From Blastocladiella emersonii ATCC 22665 (Eukaryota; Fungi; Blastocladiomycota), in NCBI GenBank assembly GCA_025594325.1, contig JANHCV010000015.1, forward strand, positions 806,001 through 870,000: a stretch of 64,000 nt of DNA, given 5' to 3'. Position 1 is the stretch's first letter; every line of letters begins with the position of its first letter. This document shows, in pieces, positions 44,556 through 55,633 of the stretch. The position numbers were made by a program, and so were the translations under genes. Under the pieces are notes generated by a model. The model saw only the letters and a list, made by a program, of their open reading frames with translations, was not told the DNA's origin and did not search any database.

Positions 44556-47500
44556 TCACGACCCGCTTCCGCGGCGCGGCGCGTCGACGCTCGGCATACT
44601 GAACGACCGGCGCGACGCCGTGGACGGCGGGAGGTAGAACCACTCGGGCTCGTTGCTCTTGGGGTTGGTGCGCAGCGGCATGATGGGCAGACGCGTCGCG
44701 GGCGGGAGCCGCTTGGCGTAGTCGTCGGCAGACATGAACCCGCCGCCGGACTCGCCGTCGTCGTCCGAGTCGGTCAGCCGGCCCGCGTCGTAAATCTCCT
44801 GCGTCGGCTTGCCCGTCCACCGCGCCGAAGAGAGGCGTTGCGCGGGTTTCGGCGGCTTGGCCGAGGCGGCGGCGGCGGAGGTGGGATCAGTCGGTGGTGC
44901 GAGCGTCTCGCTGCTGCCACCTCCATGGCGCGGTGTGGACCGGCCCGCGATGGGCGCAAACGAGCGGCGGTACAGCGAGTCGCGCGAGTTGGCGCCAGCA
45001 CCGAGCCCGGCGATGCCCGATGAGGGCGACACGGACATGGGCAGGGTCTGGTCGCTGCCGACGGTATGAACCGGCGGCGGCACAGCCGCCGCGGCTGCCG
45101 CGAGCCCGACGCCGCTGGAAGACACGAGGGTACCCGAGAACGACGACGCCATGGTGGTGCTGACGTTGGTGTTGGTCTGGGACCGGAGCGTCTTGATCGA
45201 GTTGGCGTAGTTGAGCGCGCGCCAGCGCGGGTGCGGGTTGACGAGGTACGAGTGCGCGGGGAGGGCGATGATATCGTCCTCGACGACGCCGAGGTCGACG
45301 AGCGTGCGGTACGTCTCGTCCATGAACTTTTCGGGCCCGCACAGGACGACGCGCTGCGAGCGACCGGCCTCGCCGGATGCGACCCACTTGGACCGCTCGA
45401 GGAGGTCGCGGAGCAGCGCGCGGTCGACGCGGCCGGCGTGCTTCTCGATGGCGCGGCACGCGGGCCCGCCGGGCGACGACGGCGCCTCGCGCGACAGCAC
45501 GTAGACGAGCTTGACCTGGTCCGGGTACGCGGCGGCAATGGCCTCGAGCGTGTCTGACCCGATGAGCGAGTCCATGTTGCGCGCTGCGTTGATGACCGTG
45601 ACCTTGGGCCGGCGCCCGATCCACGGGCTGAGCTTCGAGAGGTGGATGATGCCGTCCTGGCCCGTGTGCGCGTTGGTCGCGTAGACCCACCCGTTCTGCA
45701 ACGGGTGGCGGATGAACACCTTCTCGTCGCGCTGCACGGCGAGCTCGTTGGCCTTGGCGGGCACGTTGGCGGCCGATGGCCGCAGGCTGAATGTGGTCTG
45801 CAAGAAATACCACGACACGAGCTGGAGGTGCGGGGTGGCGCCGGACCCGACGCCGATGAGCAGGATCTCGTCCCAGCACCCGTTGCTCATGGGCAGCGGG
45901 CGGCTCGGGTTCATGAGCGGGCTGCCGAACGGGCCGCGGATCTTGTACTGGGCCTCGCCGGGCTGCGCGGTGCGCCACACGCGCGACATGGCGCCGTCGG
46001 GCAGGCACTTGACGACCATGTCGAAGACGGCCATATTGCCCGACACGGGCGTGTAGTAGCGCGACACGAACTTGCCGCGGATGCGGACCTGGAGCTCGAT
46101 GGCCTGGCCGGGGAGGAAGAAGAGCGGCTCCTCGGCGTACACCTCGTTCGGGTACAGCAGGCAGAACTTGAGCCGGAACACCTCGGCGTCCGCGTTCTCG
46201 TTGGACAGCAGCTCCTTGGCCGTCAGCGCGTACCGGCGGTACTCGTTCTTGACGAACTTGGGCTCGTCGTCGCCCGTGTCGAGCTTGGCGACCACGAGGT
46301 CCTTGAGCTTGTCGATGGCCTGCGCCGAGTGGAAGTGCTGGTTGCGCGCCTCGACGATCATGCGCCAGTCCTCCATGAGGATGCGCGCGTCGGCCTCGAC
46401 GTCGCGGTCGCAGATGCCCGACTTTTCGCACTCGGACGCGGGTCGCGACGGACCGCCGCCGCCGAGTGGGGCGCCCTTGGCGTCGGGCACACCGAGCGTG
46501 TCACCGCCACCGCGAGAACCGCCACCGGCCGTCGCCGCAGCGCAGCGTGACCGGAGCCCCGCCGCGTTCGAGCCGGGCGCCGTGAGCGTATTGGGACTCT
46601 TACGGACGCCGACGCTGTTCCGGCGCGCGGCGCCGGGTGCGAGCGCGGGCCCCTTGGGGTCCGAGTAGTCGACGACGGGGACGTCAGTCCAGGGGACGAA
46701 CAGGTCGGCGTCGTAGAGGGCCGAGTTGAAGTAGTCCATGGTGATATCGGTGCCGAGGACGTTGTACAGGACCTGCTGGCCGCCGGGGTGGCTGATGATC
46801 CACTTGGACACGTCGTAGACGAACCCGTTGCCGACGACCCACATGCGGCCGGCGACGACCTGCTCGTCGACCTCGCGCCACGTCACGGCGGGCAGGTCCG
46901 TGCGCTTGATGACGATCTGCTCGGCGGCGAACTTGCGCGTGTCGAGCTTGTTCCCGACGAGCGGCGCGGCGCCGAGCGGGGACCCCCGCGACGCGGCGCG
47001 GAGACGGCGGAACTCCATGACGGCAAAGAAGAGGATCCAGAAGCTGGTCAGCGCGAGGTACGCGATCCAGAACGGCGACGCGAGGATCGACTCGATGCCC
47101 GACACCGGATACGCCACGTTGATCCCGAACGGCATGTTGACAAACCCGGCAACAACGATGGCGCGGCCAAAGTAGTTGTGCGCGAACTTGAGCCCGCGGA
47201 CCCACCGCGATTTCGACGACGCGAGCAGGCGGCCGAGGTTGCCGAACCCGATGATCATCTGGGCGATGACCGCCGTGAAGACGAACAGGCCAATGTACTC
47301 GTGCGTCGAGGTGCCGAGGACGCTGACCGAGATGGCAAGCGCGCCGGCGACAATGACGGCGACGCAGCTGAGCGTCTGCAGGCCGACGTGCGCAACGACC
47401 CAGCCGTCGCGGGTGCGGCAGTACCGGGCGATAGCGACGGCGAGCGGGAACGCGAACCCGAACACGACGAGCATGGTGATGGCGTGGGCCATGAGCGCGG

Positions 47501-49853
47501 GGCTGCTCTCGAGGCGGTCGTCGTCGACGTCGCTCGTGAAGAAGTTGACGGCGGCCTGGCCGCGGTTGGCGCCGTGGAACTGGATCTGCGCCGACGCCGA
47601 GATGCTGTACGAGAAGATGATGGGGATCTTGGCGTTCTTGACGGCAACCTTGCCCGGCTGCAGGTTGCGGCGCAGGAACTCGACCTGGAACGCGCCCGTG
47701 TCGCCGAGCGATTTCGTCGACAGCACCGTGATGGCCGTGTTGGCGCGGACCGTGGCGGGGCTCGGCCGCGTGTACGCGCCGGTCGGCTTGTACTCGGTAA
47801 GCGTGATATTCTTGCCGCCCTGCTGGCTGCGCGCAATGTACATTTCGGTGGCCGTGATCATGCTGCTGCCGCCGAACCCGATGGCGCAGTACCCGGCGTA
47901 CGCGCACTGCAGGAGGCAGTGGACCGACTCGTCGGCCTTGTCGCGGTTGCGGATGTTCCACGACACGCGGAACCCGGGCGCGAGCTCGTGCGAGAAGGTG
48001 AACCCGGGCACGCGGCCGCCGGCGGTCGCGGCGTCGAGCGGCGGCGGGTCGGGCACCACCTGCCAGATGTTGTTGGGGAAGGTGCGCGTCGACTGCTTGA
48101 CGTTGCGCATGATGATCTGGCGCAGGCTCGTGTTGCGGATCTCGGCGAGGTGCTCGGCCCGCATCACGCCCGGGTTCTCGAACCAGAACCGGTCGCCGTC
48201 CCGCAGCGCCTTGAACTGGTTGACAATCGATCGCGAGAACATGGGCCCGACGTTCGACTCGTACATGTCGCGGCGCTCGAGGAGCCCACCGACCAGCGCG
48301 TCCACGTCGTCGACGCTCGCGTACGCCTTGGCGAGCACGTCCGCGAAATCCGGGTGGATGTCGGCAAAGGTCTTGGGCGCGGACAGCGCCATGGACTGGC
48401 GCATCTGCGCGTAGCCCGGGATGAGGTAGTCGCGGGCGCGGAACAGGTCGAAGACGAAGCCGTCCTTGGCGAGGCGCGGGCCAAAGACCTGGCTGCGCAT
48501 GGGCTCCGTGTAGTAGATGTCGGCCTCGTCCTGGATCTGCGACGACATGCCGGCGAAGAGGGCGCCGATGCCGACCGACTTGACGAGGTCCGAGCGGAAG
48601 AAGTTAGCGGCCATGTCGACCTGGACCGTGGTGTTGGTCTTGTCGTCGATGTAGGTAAGGAAGGCGGGGATTTCCGAGTGGCCGAACCGGTAGGTCGTGG
48701 AGGCGAAGCTCGACTCAATGAGCGGCACGGCCTTGGGGTCGTACTTGGTGTAGGCGTCGAGCGAGAAGCCGAGCAGGAGCGGGAGGTACTCGTAGTAGGT
48801 GATGTGCTGGATCAGCGCGATGACGTGCATACGGGCCTCCTGGAACAGGTCGTCGTCGGAGACGCCCGGGTTCTTGGCGCGGTACGCGTTGGCGAACCGG
48901 TTGTGCTCGCGCATGAAGAGCGTGTACAGGGCCTGCGAGTACGGGCTCGTGTTGCCGACGATGCTGCCAAAGGCGAACATTTGCTCCTGGCCGGGAGGCA
49001 ATGTGCTCTGCGTCACGTTGGTGCCGCGCGGGTTCTACGTGGCGGGAGTGGGTGAGCGTCCGGTCGTTCGTGTAGGAGGGTGAGGCGATCGTACTCGAGA
49101 CACGGTGGGCGAGTAGTCCGAGTAGGTCGAGGGCTCGAGCTTGAAGAGCGGACCATCACGCAGCGCGGCGACCTGCTCGGGCGTCGTGCCGTACAGCTAC
49201 ATTCGAGGTTGGATCAGCAACTCGTCGCGAGAGCCGAGCGGGAGAGCGAAAACGTACGTGCGAGCCATCGAGGAAGTGGGACTGCACGTTGATGGGGATC
49301 CGGCGCACGCCCTGGCCAGCAGCGACGGCGCGAGAAAAGGACATGTTGCTGCCGGGCGGCAGGAACTTGTCGTCGGCGGGGACGGGCACCGAGTACCGGT
49401 CCGCCGGGTCGCTCGATGAGACGACATGAGCGACATCTAGACGGCGGCGCTCGCGGCTCAGGGATCAGCCGAGATAAGATCACAGCCGGCGGCGGGCGCG
49501 GGAGGAAACGAACCATGGATGAAGAACTCGCCCCAGAACGTGTGCAGCACGGAGAGGCGGCGCGCGTTGCGAATGTCCTTTTCGGAACGGGCGAGCGTGT
49601 TGGACAGGACGCGCAGGCCGGCGAGCGACGAGGCGTTGAAGTCGAGCGAGGCCGACACGCTGCGCGCATACGGCGTGCCGGCGGCGCCGAGCGACGGGTT
49701 AGTCTTGTTGTTGCCCGACCCGTCGAACGAGCGGTACTCGCGCTTCGGGGCCTGGGCGAGCAACGGGTGGGCGGCGGCGGCGAGTAGCGCGAGCAGGAGT
49801 GCTGCCGCCGCGACGGGTCGAGGTCGAGAGATGGGCCGCCTGTTGCTGGACAT
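44556..49853 (-). CDS. DUOX-analogous fusion: signal peptide - heme peroxidase - DOMON - cytochrome b561 - cytochrome b5 - FAD/NAD(P)H reductase with SH3-like insert (~1,699 aa)
   Basis: Exons 49853-49514, 49436-49258, 49196-49095 and 49034-44556 sum to 5100 nt in frame. Motifs: YRSFDGSGNN, WGEFFIHD, FLDGSHLYG, REHNR, YRFGHS, LRDGDRFWFEN; GFGGSSM..FHGANRG; four b561 His; HPGG; RYYTP; GSGATP; CGP. Confidence 0.9.
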
Positions 49854-50295
49854 TTCGTTGCTGGTCCAGCGTTCGGCGAGCGTCGAAGCGAGGAGGGGTA
49901 TGTGGGGAAGTGCAAGTCCGAGACGGTGGCGGGAGAGAAAGTGGGGCCGAGCTGACGGCGACGACGGCGAGCGCCGAGCGGCGGCGGCGGCAGATCCCTG
50001 CGTCGGCTGCGCCCGCGCCGTGGCGGAGTGGCTTTGCAGCCAGTCAGGTTGAGCGTTTCATCATATCGCGCTCGATATCGGGATAGTGCTGAACACCGCA
50101 ATTTCGCGGAGTGTGGCTTGGCTGTAGCGCGAGACGCGGCGATGCGCGCCGAGACGCGTCGCGCGAACAATGCGTCTCCGTCACGTGGCCCTGTTGACAG
50201 GCAGGCGATCCGCTCGAAAAAAAGCCTCTCTGCGCTCTCGCAACCTTCCGCGCGCGCTCTCTCAGCTACCATCTTTCAATACCCCAGTCTCTGCA

Positions 50296-51207
50296 ATGTA
50301 TTCGTTCGCCTCGGGCGTCCTCGGCCGCCTCGCCGCGCCGGCCGCGCGCACCGCCGCCCGCTGCTCCCGGTTGGTGCCGCGCCACTCGACCATGGTGGCC
50401 ACCACCGAGTCCTGCTCGTCCATCCGACTCGCTGCCCGCCGCCGCTTCGCCACCGAGGCGCCCAAACCCGCAGCCGAGTCGGTCAGCGGCAACAACGCGT
50501 ACCCGGGCGCGACGGCGCAGCAGCGCGGGGCGTGGGCGCACTACGAGCGCAAGAACGCGCTGCGCAACCAGTCGGCGCTGTACTACTCGGCGGCCGTGTT
50601 CATCACGTTCATTGGTCTGTCGTACACGGCGGTCCCGCTGTACCGGCTGTTCTGCTCGACCACGGGCGTCGGCGGCACCGTCAAGACGTCTCTCGAGTCG
50701 GGCGAGGCCGACCCGCGGTTCCAGCCGTCCAACATGGTGCCCGTGACCTCGTCGAACCGCCGCCTGCGCATCAAGTTCAACTCGGACACGGCGCGCGCCC
50801 TCAACTGGAGCTTCAAGCCGCAGCAGCGCGAGGTGAACGTGGTCCCCGGCGAGACGGCCCTTGCCTTCTACACGGCCAAAAACAACTCGGACCAGGACGT
50901 GATCGGCATCTCGACCTACAACGTGATCCCGGCCCACGCGGGTCCCTACTTCAACAAGATCCAGTGCTTCTGCTTCGAGGAGCAGAAGCTGCGCGCCGGC
51001 GAGGAGGTCGACATGCCCGTCTTCTTCTTCATCGACCCGTCGTTCCTCGACGACCCCAACACGGACGACATCAACGAGATCACCCTGTCCTACTCGTTCT
51101 TCAACGCGAGGACCATCGACGCCAACCGCCTGCACGCCCTCAACCCGCAGGCCCAGCAGGTCGCCGAGAACGCTATTGCCGCCGGCCAGCGCGTCGACGC
51201 CGCATAG
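50296..51207 (+). CDS. COX11: cytochrome c oxidase assembly protein Cox11 (copper chaperone)
   Basis: YTAVPLYRLFC, VVPGETALAFY and YFNKIQCFCFEEQ motifs; mitochondrial-presequence-like N-terminus from ATG 50296. Confidence 0.97.
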   Translation: MYSFASGVLGRLAAPAARTAARCSRLVPRHSTMVATTESCSSIRLAARRRFATEAPKPAAESVSGNNAYPGATAQQRGAWAHYERKNALRNQSALYYSAAVFITFIGLSYTAVPLYRLFCSTTGVGGTVKTSLESGEADPRFQPSNMVPVTSSNRRLRIKFNSDTARALNWSFKPQQREVNVVPGETALAFYTAKNNSDQDVIGISTYNVIPAHAGPYFNKIQCFCFEEQKLRAGEEVDMPVFFFIDPSFLDDPNTDDINEITLSYSFFNARTIDANRLHALNPQAQQVAENAIAAGQRVDAA

Positions 51208-51405
51208 CGGTCTCTGCTGTGTATTCCATAATCACTACAAGATCTTAGCATTGGGGGTGTGTCTTGTTTTCCGATGGGTGGTGGTCGCCATCCCGTCCGT
51301 CGCTGCTCGCATCCGAGTGCGAAACCGCGGTTTTGCTCGGTGTTTGACGCGCGTCGCTGATCACAACGCGTTTCGGCTCAGGTTTCGGCTCTCACCTCGC
51401 CCACC

Positions 51406-54400
51406 ATGGAGCCCCCCCTGACATGCATCGATCACAGCGACTTGCTGCATGCCTACACCACCGATCCGGCGGACACGGCGCCCGTGTTCTCGGCGCTGGC
51501 GTGGTCGCTGGCCTGGACCGCGTGTGAGCTGCACGACCGCGTTGTTCGAGTCGCCCAGCAGCTGGCTGCGCTAGGAGTCGGTACTGCCCCGCTGCTACCC
51601 GCTCGCCACTTCGACCTCTCACGTCAACCTATGTTTCGCAGGTTCAACGCGGTGACGTGGTCGCCGTTGCGCTCCCGCTGTGCCCCGACCTGGTGCTCGC
51701 GTGCCTCGCGCTCTTCCGCCTCTGCGCCGTGTACGCGCCACGCGGCGTCGTGATGGATCCGGCTTCTGATACCGCCAGTCTGCGCGCCAGCGTCCCGAAC
51801 GGCGTGCGCGTGTGGGTCCTTGCTCCAGCTGACGCGGGCGACGCGTCTGCCGTCGATTTCGCTACGAACGGCCCGCTCCTTGCTCTCAAAGATTCCGGTA
51901 GCGGGCTCTCGCAGTCCGTGTGGTCGCAGGCCGTCGCATACCTCGTACAGACGAGCGGCACCACGCGCTTCTCGCCAACACATCGCACCTCGGTCGCCGT
52001 CCCGCGCGCGTCCTTTTCCGCGCACCTCGACGAGTTCCGGTCCGCGTGGCCGTCGTCGGCCTCAACCGTCGTCGCGCTCGCGACGGTCCCAACGTTCGAC
52101 CCGCACCTCATCGAGCTGTTCCACGCCGTCACCACGGGCCGGCCGTTCGTCCTCGCGCGCACCTTACGCGAGGCCGTGAGCGCCGGGTGCACGCTGCTGT
52201 CGACGACGCCCTCACGCCTGTTTCTCGAGCTCACGCCCGAAACCGTTGCCGCGGTCCTGCGCGGGACCACGTCGGTCACGCACCTGTACCTCGGCGGCGA
52301 GGGGTTCCCGTACGCGCGGCTCGTGAGGCTCGTTCCGCACGCCGAGTGGGCGATCGCGGTCGGGAACTTGTACGGGACCACCGAATGCAGCGTCTGGGGC
52401 TCGCTACACTTCCTGCAGCCCGCGCTCGCCGACGTGTACGCGGCGCACGGGGTGCCCGTCACGCCGCCCCTGGCCCGGACGGAGTTGCGCGTCGAGGACG
52501 GCCAGGTCGTGCTCGGCGGGCCGCGGCGCGCGTGTTTCGTCAACGGCGTGCTAACCGAGTACGTTTGCGGACGAATTTGTACTAGAATCAGCATCCTGAC
52601 TCACCTCGTGCCTCCCCGCCTAGATGGGACCGTACCGGCGACGCCGCGCTCGAGCTCGACGGCCACATCATCGTCTCTGGCCGCCTCGGGCGCCAGATCA
52701 AGCGGTGGGGCCACCGCGTGCAGCTCGAGGCCATCGAGGCGGTCGCGTCGCGCGTCCCGGGCGCCGGACACGCGTGCGCGCTCCAGCTCGACGACGGCGA
52801 CCTCGTTCTCGTCGTCGCGCCGCCAACCGTCCTCCTCGACGACATCCGGCACGCGTTCGCGGCGGCGGGTCTCCCACGCGCCTCGTACCCTGACCGCATC
52901 GTGCACTACGCCGCCGCCCCCGCGCTCCCGCTCACGCCCAACGGCAAAGTCGACGCGCGCGCCGTCCGCAACTGGGTCAGCTCGCTCCCGCGCACCACCA
53001 CCACGGTTTCCCCCACGCGTGCCGCGCGGGACGCGCTCGACCGCGTTCTCGGCGGCGCGGACTGGCGCCCCGACGACTACTTTGTCCGCGCGGGCGGCAG
53101 CAGCGTCGGCGCGATGCAGGTCCTGCAGCGCGTGGTTACTGCCGCCGAAACCAACCCAGCGGGCGCAGACGAGGTCCGCACCCGCCTGTTCCGCGTCCTC
53201 ATGCACGAACCGGTCGCCGCGTTCCTCGACGCGTGTGCTGCGCTGCGACCCGACGGCGCGGACCGAGGGGTGGCGGCGGACGCGGGGGTGCGGCTCCGAT
53301 CGCGCTCGCCGACCTTGTGCGACGCGCGCGGGTACAAGCGGGCGCGGACCGACCTGGGCGATGGGTCGGTTCATTTGGGTCGTTTGGATGCCTCCCACGA
53401 CGATTCTCTCGGGCCCGGCTCGTCGCTCGGCGAACCCGCCGCCCACGGCGTCGTCGCGAGCGAGAGTCGAGGTGAAGCCGCCGCCGCCGCAGCGTCCTCT
53501 TCCCCTGACTCGGGTACATCCCCTCGCCCGCCGTCGGAGTCCAGCGTCTCAAACCCCGACCATGCTTCCTCTCACCCCGGCGAGCCCAGATCCCCGCTTT
53601 CAGCAGCCGCAGCTACGTCGCCACCGTCTTCATCTCCCTCCGACTTGGCGACCCGCCCCTCGCCGCGCCTCGCCTTCACCTCCCCACCCCTCCGCGTGTG
53701 CGACCTCGGCAAATGCGTCGACGCGCCCGCCGCCCTCTGCCCGCTCACGCGCCGCGCCTTCCTCGGCTCGCACGCGGGGCAGTGGTGCACGCTTGACCCT
53801 CTCTCGCCCCATACCTCGCTCCTCACCTACTCCCTCCCGCCACACCCGTACCGCCCGGGCCACCCGGTCCGGATCGAGGCCGGGCTCACGCCGTACGGCG
53901 CCGACGCGGTCCTGATCGCGACGTCCGCGGGCGAGCTGCACTGCGTCGACTGGCGCACCGGCGTGGTGGAGTGGACGCACGCGCTCGGGCGGGAGCCTGT
54001 CAAGTCCGCGCCCGTGGCCGATGGTGCGGGACGGGTGTGGGTCGCGACGCACGCGGGCGAAGTGTGGTGTGCGACACCCGAGGGGGATGAGGGGCGACTC
54101 GACTGGTCCGCGCCGCCGTGGCGTGTCGGTGGCACGTTCGCTGCGTCCGTGGTACTTCTGGGTGACGGGGACGGCGCAGCGGTCGCGGCGTCGACGAGCG
54201 GGACCCTCGCGTGCCTGGTCCCCGGCTCGCGGACGCCCAAGTGGACGACGGACGCCGGCGCGCCGGTCTTCGCAACACCCGCGTTCGACGCCGCAGCGCG
54301 CGAGCTGGTCGTCGCGAGCGTCAATTCTCTGCTCGTCCTCGACGCGGCCACGGGCTCCATGCGCCGTCGCACCGATCTCACCCACCCCGTGTTCTCCGCG

Positions 54401-54739
54401 CCCGTCCTCCTCCCTCGCGACCGCTTCGCGCACGGGACGCACGGCGGCGAGGTGCACGTGCGGTCGCGCTTGACGCTCGAGGTCGTGGCGCGTATCAGGG
54501 CGCCGAGCGCCGTGTTTGGACGTGTCGCGGTGGTCGGGGAGGAGATGGTCGTGTTTGCGTGCACGGACGGGAGCGTATGTCTCGCGCGGACGGATACGGG
54601 CGAGGTCACGGACGTGGTCGTGCTGCCCGGCCAGGTGTTCTCGGCGCCAGCCGCGGTGGGCGGGAAGATGGTGGTGGTCGGGTGCCGCGACGACGGCGTG
54701 TACGCGCTCGAGGTCGGCGGCGGTGGCGACGTCTCCTGA
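51406..54739 (+). CDS. AASDH: ACSF4/AASDH-like NRPS-type protein: adenylation domain + carrier (PP-binding) domain + PQQ-like beta-propeller
   Basis: QTSGTT, NLYGTTE, RTGD, GRLGRQIKRWGHRVQLEAIE and PNGKVD; carrier motif FVRAGGSS; propeller repeats (LGKCVDAP, EWTHALG, KWTTDAGAPVFATP); introns near 51577-51640 and 52559-52623. Confidence 0.85.
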
Positions 54740-54831
54740 ACGACGCGTCTCCTCTTCTCTCTTCCCTTCCCCTCACAGCCTGTATTGCAACGTAATCAAC
54801 AAACCCTTCTACTTGCCGCACTAGAAACCTT

Positions 54832-55593
54832 ATGTCGACCTTCGTGATGGGCCCACTTCAAACCCTCGCGCTGTACCCCGCCCTATTCGCCACGGCGTGG
54901 CTCGCGGCGCCCGTGTTCGCGCAGTCGGCGGCGCTGCACTCGCTCAAGGTGTACCTGGTCGGCACGCTCGGCGTTGAGCCGCAGGCGGTCCCGTTCGCCG
55001 TGCTGTTCGCCCTGATCGTCCTCGCGCACGCCGTGTCGCCGATCGTCGCGTACCTCCTCCAGCTGCGCGAGCGCGGGTACCTGACGCCCGAGGTGCGTGT
55101 TGCTGAGAGACGGCGGGGATACGCGAGGGCTCACACCACTGTGTAGAACCCGCGCCTGTCGCGCGAGCAGCTGAGCGGACATCGGGTCGCGGCGCGTGCG
55201 ATGGCCGCGCACTACAACCTGCTCGAGGGTGTCGCGGCGTTCGCGTCGGCCGTGATTGTTGCGCACGCGCGCAAGGTCGACCTGAGTGTGCGGATTGCGT
55301 ACGTCGCCCCCCTCACCTCTCCCCTCCCCCACACTTGACACTCACGTCTACCCCAACATAGCATGTCCCTGCTGCACGTCGCGGCGCGTGTCGCACACTG
55401 GCTCAGCTACCTGCTCAACGTGCCGCTGGCGCGCACGGTCGCGTACCACGTCGGGCTGGCGGCGATCACGGTGCTGTTCGGGCTCGCGGTCGCGCCCGCG
55501 CCGTGGGCCCGCGGCGTGTACGGCGAGTGGGCGGCGGTCGGGGGCAAGTCGGTCGGGTGGGTCGCGGCCAAGATCGCGGGGGCCATGTCGTAA
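54832..55593 (+). CDS. MAPEG-family membrane protein (three exons)
   Basis: ARAMAAHYNLLEGVAAFASAVIVA and ARVAHWLSYLLNVPLAR resemble the MAPEG RA.AAH.N..E and R..Y...Y motifs. Confidence 0.7.
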
Positions 55594-55633
55594 GTAGGTG
55601 AGCGAGACTAGGATACATTTGATTGCGTAGTAA

